From positions 84,630,001 through 84,694,000 of the forward strand of contig OZ024746.1 in assembly GCA_964016885.1 (NCBI GenBank): 64,000 nt of DNA. The letters run 5' to 3'. The position numbers and the translations under genes were made by a program. This document shows positions 55,868 through 64,000 of this stretch, piece by piece. The DNA is from Eledone cirrhosa (lineage: Eukaryota). How positions within the stretch are numbered: position 1 is the first letter of the stretch; each line of letters starts with the position of its first letter. Under the pieces are notes generated by a model. It searched no databases, was not told the origin of the DNA, and was given only the letters and a program-made list of their open reading frames with translations.

Positions 55868-55918
<51 letters not shown>

Positions 55919-56064
55919 AATTCGGGACCCCGACGGCTGAGTTCCTTCCGTTTCAACAGCTAGACCCCGAACTTATCATATAACCCACTCTACTATCCCA
56001 TGTATCAAGTACTCTGGTGAGTAATGGTTTAAGTGGTTTTTACTGCTTCCATTCTGATATATAC

Positions 56065-56146
<82 letters not shown>

Positions 56147-56224
56147 GCATACAGAACTTCACAGGCTGACCCACGAACAAATACACATGGGTATACATGC
56201 GCATGTGTGTAATTGTAAGTGCGC

Positions 56225-56299
<75 letters not shown>

Positions 56300-57604
56300 T
56301 GTGTACGTGTGTTCGTATGTACATATAAGCGGTTTCCGATGCTGAAAAGATGGATGTATCTATTATAAATGTGCAAGCTATTGATATGACGTAGGAAAGA
56401 CACTATTCCATTATTCAGTGAATTTGAATTTAAAAATAACCGCCATACAAAAGTTTATTTTCTGGACATAAAATTAAATTTAGATGCTATTCAATCTTTC
56501 TCTATTTATTTCACATTAACAAGGGTTATAAAACTTCGCTTAATATTAGCTGTATTTTTGTCTCAAATGTTAGTAGAAGTATTTCATCTTTATGTTCTGA
56601 TTAAGATGCTTTAAAAAAATAAACTGCAGGATTCTATACTGAATGATTCAAACGTATAGGATTTTCTCATAAGTTAGTATACTTACTTTTAGCTCCGAAG
56701 CGCAAAAACTAAAAGTAGGAACATTTTGCGATATAACTCAAATTTTATTTTAGACCTTTACACAAAATATAGCCAAGGAATTTCTTAACGTAGTCTCACT
56801 TCATTTCACAAAAGAATATAAATATTATAGAATGTTTAACAGAAATTCTTTATAGGTTTTCTATCATTGTTGCAAAAATTCTGTAACTGTCAATTATATT
56901 AATGCAAAATAACTTCCAAACATCAACAATACTATCACAAGACATACTTGTAATTGTAGAAACTCATGTAACTATCCGCTCACCAGAAATTACCATACCA
57001 GTTTTTTTCTTATTATGCTCAAAGTCTCAAAGCAAAAGTGGATGCTGGTGCGCAATGAGAATCATATACTGGTGCGGCATCAAATGAATTCAAGACGAGA
57101 TATTACACGCATAGACATTCATTAACAGATTTTTGACTGACCTTTTCCATCTAAGTTTATAAATTGAGGAGGATATGTCATAAAACCTTCAAAATAAATT
57201 GGAGTATGTTTGCATTTGCCGCTACATAAAAGCATGGCCACAATATATATAAGCTCAGTTTTCATTTTAGCTTAATCGAAAAGACATTAATATTATTACA
57301 AGACAAAAGCAACCCTGGTCTGAGGAATGATCTGCTTTGTTGCTGTTTGCAAACGTTGAAGGTATTTTGGTATTTGTTACTGTCGCGTTGGTAACGATAG
57401 TAATATTATTGTTGTTTAGCCCGGGCACTCCTTTATCGTGAAGATGTCATATGATTAAAAGAATTCCGGTGGTGAGCATACCTCAATTTTCATAGTACGC
57501 ATGGAGAATGCAGTACCACATTAGATAACATATCCACCAGCGATCAAGAGAGCACTAATCCCGATAGAAATAGTAGCTAAATTTCCTTCAAATAACAGCC
57601 TATA

Positions 57605-57750
57605 ATAATTGTTTCTACGTTAGGCACAAGGCCAGCAATTACCCAGTGCATTACTGGTACTTTATTTTATCGACCCCGTAAGGATGAAAGGCAAAGTTAA
57701 CCTTGGCGGGATTTGAACTCAGAATGGCAAGGGCCGTAACTCTATACGTA
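57605..57750 (-). mobile_element. 5'-truncated SINE A with 22-bp TSD
   Basis: TCAAATAACAGCCTATAATAAT at 57588-57609 and 57753-57774. Confidence 0.9.
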
Positions 57751-58057
57751 ACTCAAATAACAGCCTATAATAATGTGCTCGATTATGTTGTTATAGCTTT
57801 GTTGCACGTAGGAGAAATACGGGATGGTCACGATTAGATTGTCTTTGATGGTAGGTCTCGTCAATCAGGACTGACCTGGAGATAACAACAACAGTAACAA
57901 TAACAACGAGAAGAGAACAGCAGCAACATCAATATATACAACAACGTGTTATTTGTGAGATGAGATTTTGCTGCTATATTTAGCATTTCAAACACCTGTG
58001 TAAAGGCCCTTAAGGATGATGGATGGTGGTGGTAACCAAGTTGCTTCTTGTGGTGGC

Positions 58058-58107
<50 letters not shown>

Positions 58108-58131
58108 CAGCAGTAATAGTAGTAGCAGCAA

Positions 58132-58163
<32 letters not shown>

Positions 58164-58179
58164 ATAGTAGTAGCAGCAA

Positions 58180-58230
<51 letters not shown>

Positions 58231-58260
58231 CAGCAGCAGCAGTAATAGTAGTAGCAGCAA

Positions 58261-58292
<32 letters not shown>

Positions 58293-58362
58293 ATAGTAGT
58301 AGTAGCCGTAGTAGTAGCAGCAGCAGTAGTAGTAGTCGTAGCAGTAGCAGTAATAGCAGCAC

Positions 58363-58421
<59 letters not shown>

Positions 58422-58569
58422 ATAGTAGTAGTAGCCGTAGTAGTAGCAGCAGCAGTAGTAGTAGTAGTAGTCGTAGCAGTAGCAGTAATAGCAGCAGTAG
58501 TAGTAGTAGTAATAGCGGCAGCAGCAGCAGTAGTAGTGGCAACAAAGCATCATCATCATGATCATCATC

Positions 58570-58611
<42 letters not shown>

Positions 58612-58656
58612 CGTAGCAGTAGCAGTAATAGCAGCAGCAGTAGTAGTAGTAATAGC

Positions 58657-58701
<45 letters not shown>

Positions 58702-58742
58702 GGCACAAAGCATCATCATCATCATCATCATCATCATCAGTT

Positions 58743-58787
<45 letters not shown>

Positions 58788-59983
58788 TGGGTTGTTGTGG
58801 CGGTGATTTCGGTAACGATAGTTTTTCGAGGCGGTGACAGCGTTCCAGAAGCTACCCGTGTTATGTTACACTTATCTTTAATTAGTTGCCAATATTCCAG
58901 TGACACGTCTTCGCATGCGCTGTAAATTAATACATTACACATCTAATCTGGACACATCGCACGCAAGATGTATTACCTGGAATATACCATCCTTCATTGG
59001 CATGAACTCAGCTGACTCTCTTGTCAGAATGTCTACCTGTATGTCTGCACGCCTGTCATTAAATATGTATGTATGTCTCTTTCTCTTAATTTCAAGTATT
59101 TTTTTTTGACCGGCCACCTTCCTGGTGGCAAGGTTGTAAAAGAAAAGAAATTGTCATCCCTTGAATCGCAAGGGATGACAATTTCTTGTATGTATGTATG
59201 TATGTATGTATGTATGTATGTATGTATGTATGTATGTATGTATGTATGTATGTATGTATGTATGTGTATGTATGTGTGTATGTCTGTATGCATATGTGTG
59301 TATGAATGTATGTATGTATGTATGTATGTATGTATGTATGTATGTATGTATGTATGTGTGTATGTATGTATGTATGTATGTGTATATGTATGTATGTGTG
59401 TATGTGTGTGTATGTATGTGTGTATGTTTGTATGCATATGTGTGTATGTTTGTATGTATGTATGTATGTATGTATGTATGTGTATTTATGTAAGTATGTA
59501 TGTATGTATGTGTATATGTATGTATCAAAGTATGCATGAATGTGTGTATGTATGTATGTATTTATGTATGTATGTGTGTGTGTGTATATATGTATGTATT
59601 TATGTATGTATGTGTTTGTATATGTATGTATGAATGTATGTATGTTCTCTTAATTTTGAGTTTATTTTTGACCGGCCGCCTTCCCGGTGGCAAAGTAGTA
59701 AAGTGAAATATTTTTACAAATTTGAAGGTTTCAGATATCGCGGTCATTTGTAGCTTCTGAATTAAGGAGCAACGTTCTTTCTCCACAGGCTTAGTAAAGC
59801 TTTGGTCCGGGCAGATTGCTATATAATGACATCAAGTAGTCAGTGGACTTGGTTCGAACATTGAGTAGATTCTTCCAATGTTCTTGGGAAAGAGATTTGT
59901 ATCAGGTTTTATTTCATGTCTCTCTTCTAGATTAGTGGCTTTCCTATCAATATTATTATACTGGCCTGGATTGTAGCATCAGT

Positions 59984-60405
59984 AGGCGGTGGATTGGCAG
60001 TATCGGTAGAGGGTCGGACGCCATGCTTTCCAGCATAGTTACGTCCCTTTACGATCTGAGTTCAAATCCCGCCGAGGTTGACTTTGCCTTTCATCCTTAC
60101 GGGGTCGATAAAATAAAGTACCAGTAATGCACTGGTTAATTGCTGGCCTTGTGCCAAAAGTAGAAACAATTATTATACTGGCCTGGGCGGTGGATTGGCA
60201 GTATTCGGAGAGGGTAGGACGCCATGCTTTGTCAACATAGAGTTACGGCCCTTTATGATCTGCGTTCAAATCCAGCCGAGGTTAACTTTGTCTTTCATCC
60301 TTAAGGAGTCGATAAAATAAAGTACCAGTCACTCACTGGGGTCGATTTAATCGACTTCCCCTCCCTCAAAATTGCTGGCCTTGTGCCTATATAAGAAATC
60401 ATTAT
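59984..60405 (+). mobile_element. Two adjacent SINE A copies (short young variant, then long older variant)
   Basis: Copies at 59984-60172 and 60186-60405; ATTATTATACTGGCCTGG is duplicated around the first. Confidence 0.88.
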
Positions 60406-61052
60406 TACTTTTATGCTCATAAACCTGGGCAAGATGTCCACTGTCCTTTTTCTTTTGTTGAAGATGTTGCCTTAGTGTTATTATCCAGGTCTTGTATGAT
60501 GTTAATATCGATTTTGCTTGAGAAATATAGCTTATCCATATCACCATTCGATTCCTGGTGGAGTGTTTTATTTCACGTTGCTCCAGTCAACTAAGTAGTA
60601 AAAAATGTGGCGTTCGAATTCAAAAGACCAACCTTGTCACACACTGAATCACCCTGAATTTTCTTCAGAACTATAAGGAATACTCAACCACTTGCATAAT
60701 GATTTCACGAGTAGTGTGTTCTATTGACCAACAATGACGATATATATTTGTTTAACGCTTAATGTAATAAGAAAAGAGTATACATATATATGGATTAGTG
60801 AACGTTTGGGTTTTTTGTCATTTGAGATGATTAACAGGCTATTGAAATATTGGCAGTTCGAACAAAAGATCAGAATTGGTCAGTAACTGCAGACACTTCC
60901 ATTGATATTTATTAAAGAATTTCCTATTACTATCTGACTACAATGTTTTATTTTCTACATAAAACGTTTCACATATTTCCTGAAAGATCTTCATATACTT
61001 TACAAAAATTATGTAGCGATAGTGATGGTGAAGGTGGGGTAGCTAATGATAG

Positions 61053-61091
<39 letters not shown>

Positions 61092-61268
61092 CTTCTAGCA
61101 TTCTGAAGAAGAAGAAGAAGAAGAAGAAGAAGAAGAAGAAGAAGAAGAAGAAGAAGAAGAAGAAGAAGAAGAATCTATGTAAAGGCTAAAAAATAAAGAT
61201 ATATGAAAATAAAAAAAAGTAACAAAACAAAAAACGAAGCAATATAGAAGATTTGAAATTACTGATGA

Positions 61269-61373
<105 letters not shown>

Positions 61374-62527
61374 TGTGTGTGTGTCTGTGTGTGATGGGTT
61401 TCTATTAGACAAAATAAAGACACCAGGTAAAGGGTAAAATCTCCATTATCAACCGTTCCTTCTCGAAAAGAAGTCAGTGACAGTTATTTCTTTCTCCTTT
61501 GTAAGAAACATGATACCCGCCGCCACATCCACTAACGTCTCCTTCCTCAGTCTGTAATTTATTATACTTCTGACGCTATTAGTCCGTTGAGTTCAGCTCC
61601 TCTCACTCATCGGTTCCACTCCCGCCTTCACTCACACTTCATCTCACATTCATTTGGTGTCGTATGTCTCCACTCGCACTATCATTACCCCTATTATCCC
61701 CATCCTCCCCATCATCATCATCATCATCAGCAATCACTCTCCTTCTCCTTCTCCTCCTCGCAACCACCACCACCACCACCACCACCACCACCGTTACTAT
61801 CAACAGCAACAACGCTACCATCACCATCACCACTACCAGCAACAACATCACCCTCACCATCACCACCACCACAACCACCACCATGACCACCACCATCACC
61901 ACCACCAAAACCATCACCATCACCACCACCACCACCACCACCACCACCACCACCACCACCACCACCACCACCACCACCTCTAACAACACCACCACCAAAA
62001 CCACCACTTCTACCACCACAACCAAAACCACCACCACATCCACCTCCATCACAACCAGCACTACAACCACCACCACCACCACCAACACCACCACCATCAT
62101 CACCACCAAAACCACCAACCACATCCACCATCACCACTACAACCACCACCACCAACAGCAACAACACCGAAACCATCACCAAAACCATCACCAAAACCAT
62201 CACCACCACCACCACCAAAACCACCACCACCACCACCACCACCACCACCAACACCCCCATCATCATTATCACCTCTGTCACCATATTAACTATCATCAAC
62301 ACCTTCACAAAATGGCGGGCAAATATCAATGAAATCATACATCTCCGTCTTAAAGATAAACAGAAAGGACTCATTAGACCAAGTAGTCATAAGTACATTG
62401 AAAACAAGACAAGATGGCTTCGGTTAGAACGTACTTCACCATAGATCTGCTCTATTTTAGCTGACTCAAATATACAATAACAATACATTTTTGTAGAATG
62501 TAGTACTCAGACACACATGGATACTTA

Positions 62528-62872
62528 CTGTATTTCCCGGCGTCGAAGACGCTACTTTATTCCTAAAATAAGTCTAAAAAATCTACCATGCGTCCTGGAG
62601 TCGAAGGCGGTGGGTTGGCAGTATCGGTAGAGGGTTGGACGTCATGCTTTGCCACATAGAGTTACGGCCTTTAACTGTCTGAGTTCAAATCTCGCCGAGG
62701 CTAACTTTGCCTTTCATCCTTACGGCGTTGATAAAATAAAGTACCAGTAATTCACTGGGAAATTGCTGGCCTTGTGCCAAAAGTAGAAACAATTATTTTT
62801 TTTCAAATTTTTAGATGTCAAAATTAGGGTGCGTCCTCGAGGACGAAGTGTATTCGGCACCGGGAAATAGGG
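62528..62872. mobile_element. pogo/Tigger-type MITE with a nested SINE A (62605-62796)
   Basis: TA-CTGTATTTCCCGG ... CCGGGAAATAGGG-TA termini. Confidence 0.7.
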
Positions 62873-63894
62873 TAGGTACAGATTGAACAATGTTATTCAA
62901 CAAAACAGCCATCAGCCTCAATGACGGCCTAAATATGTCATTGTAAACCATTGTATGTGTTTATCAGGTGAATCCTATTCATGCTCACTATAACGTCATC
63001 GATAATCGGTACTGTGGGTATGCTTGTTTGTTTACATCTAAACGCCGCCAGAGACGTACTACTTTAAGGAATTTAAATCTGGAGGCGTAAGTGACCAATG
63101 ATTGTGAAAATTTTCGGTCATTCACTCATGGACCCTACAAGCTGTTTGAGAGGGAACAATATCTTGTTGAAATACATAGTCCAGGGCTTGACAACTGTTT
63201 CCATCCTCTCAGAATAAGTGCTACCATTGAACCTAAACGTTTAGGGAAAAAAGTGGGAAGACATGACATGACATTTGCTTCACATGAGGTCCAAGAGAAA
63301 AACGGACAACGAGAATTTGCTGTGCATAACTGTATAACTGTGCAGACTTTAGCAAGGCTGTAGCAGAGTCACATGTAATTTCTTCTGTTCATCGTTTGAT
63401 TTTAGGCAAAGTTCTCATCTAAAACAAACAAACAAACAAACAAACAAACAAACAAACAATGCATGTTGGGATTCTAAGGGTGTTTGATCTTGTACAGAAA
63501 GTACAAGCTCAAGCTTCTGTAAGTTGGCTCCACTTAAAAATAGAATGTGAATTTCGTATATCTAAAGATATACGGTATGTTTAATAAACTGTATGTATGT
63601 ATGTTATGTCAGGTCGCTCTCGTTTGCTACTGGTAACATGTAACCCAGTACAACCTGTCTCATGGTCGGGTCGTCGGCGAATAAACCGGCAACCCCACCA
63701 AGTTTACTTGGTGAGGAGGGTGATTTTGGACACCTTGCAGGACAAAAAACAAAACCCGACAAAGGGCGGAAGAAGTCAAAAGAGTCAACGGCCATCCCAA
63801 AATGTGTAAATATGTATATACATGTACGCATGTGTACACACGCACGCACACACGCACACACACACGCACACACACACACGCACACACACACACA

Positions 63895-63970
<76 letters not shown>

Positions 63971-64000
63971 CATACATACATATATATATATATAGATATA

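Noticed and set aside
56975-57150. Possible minus-strand host exon (CTG/GTGAGC donor near 56980)
   Set aside because: No recognisable protein similarity or supported acceptor; needs RNA-seq.
63091-63363. 90-aa non-repetitive ORF
   Set aside because: GTG start, no recognisable domain, length within chance expectation.

Overview
AT-rich, gene-poor eukaryotic DNA, intronic or intergenic, saturated with microsatellites ((TA)n, (CA)n, (TATG)n, (GA)n, trinucleotides). The repeat landscape suggests a cephalopod, probably Octopus; this is inference. No intact host gene can be supported, and nearly all listed ORFs are translations of simple repeats. Recognisable parts: about 20 copies of a young tRNA-derived SINE and other tRNA-SINEs, zf-RVT LINE 3' ends, an R4/Dong-like 3' end inside (AAT)n, mariner/maT/pogo/hAT-like MITEs and transposase relics, a Helitron helicase fragment and a 2.4-kb 20-mer minisatellite. 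The main signal is a dense set of short non-coding elements embedded in (TA)n tracts. They carry type-I hammerhead ribozyme (HHR) folds from many unrelated families: about 11 with canonical cores (two present as mirror pairs), a U3-A8 core-variant family, and several degenerate copies. Many occur as near-perfect fold-back palindromes with the apex at or near the ribozyme, or as circularly permuted, terminally redundant units. This matches Penelope-like element (PLE) pLTRs or retrozymes. All folds were read by eye and none has been tested.
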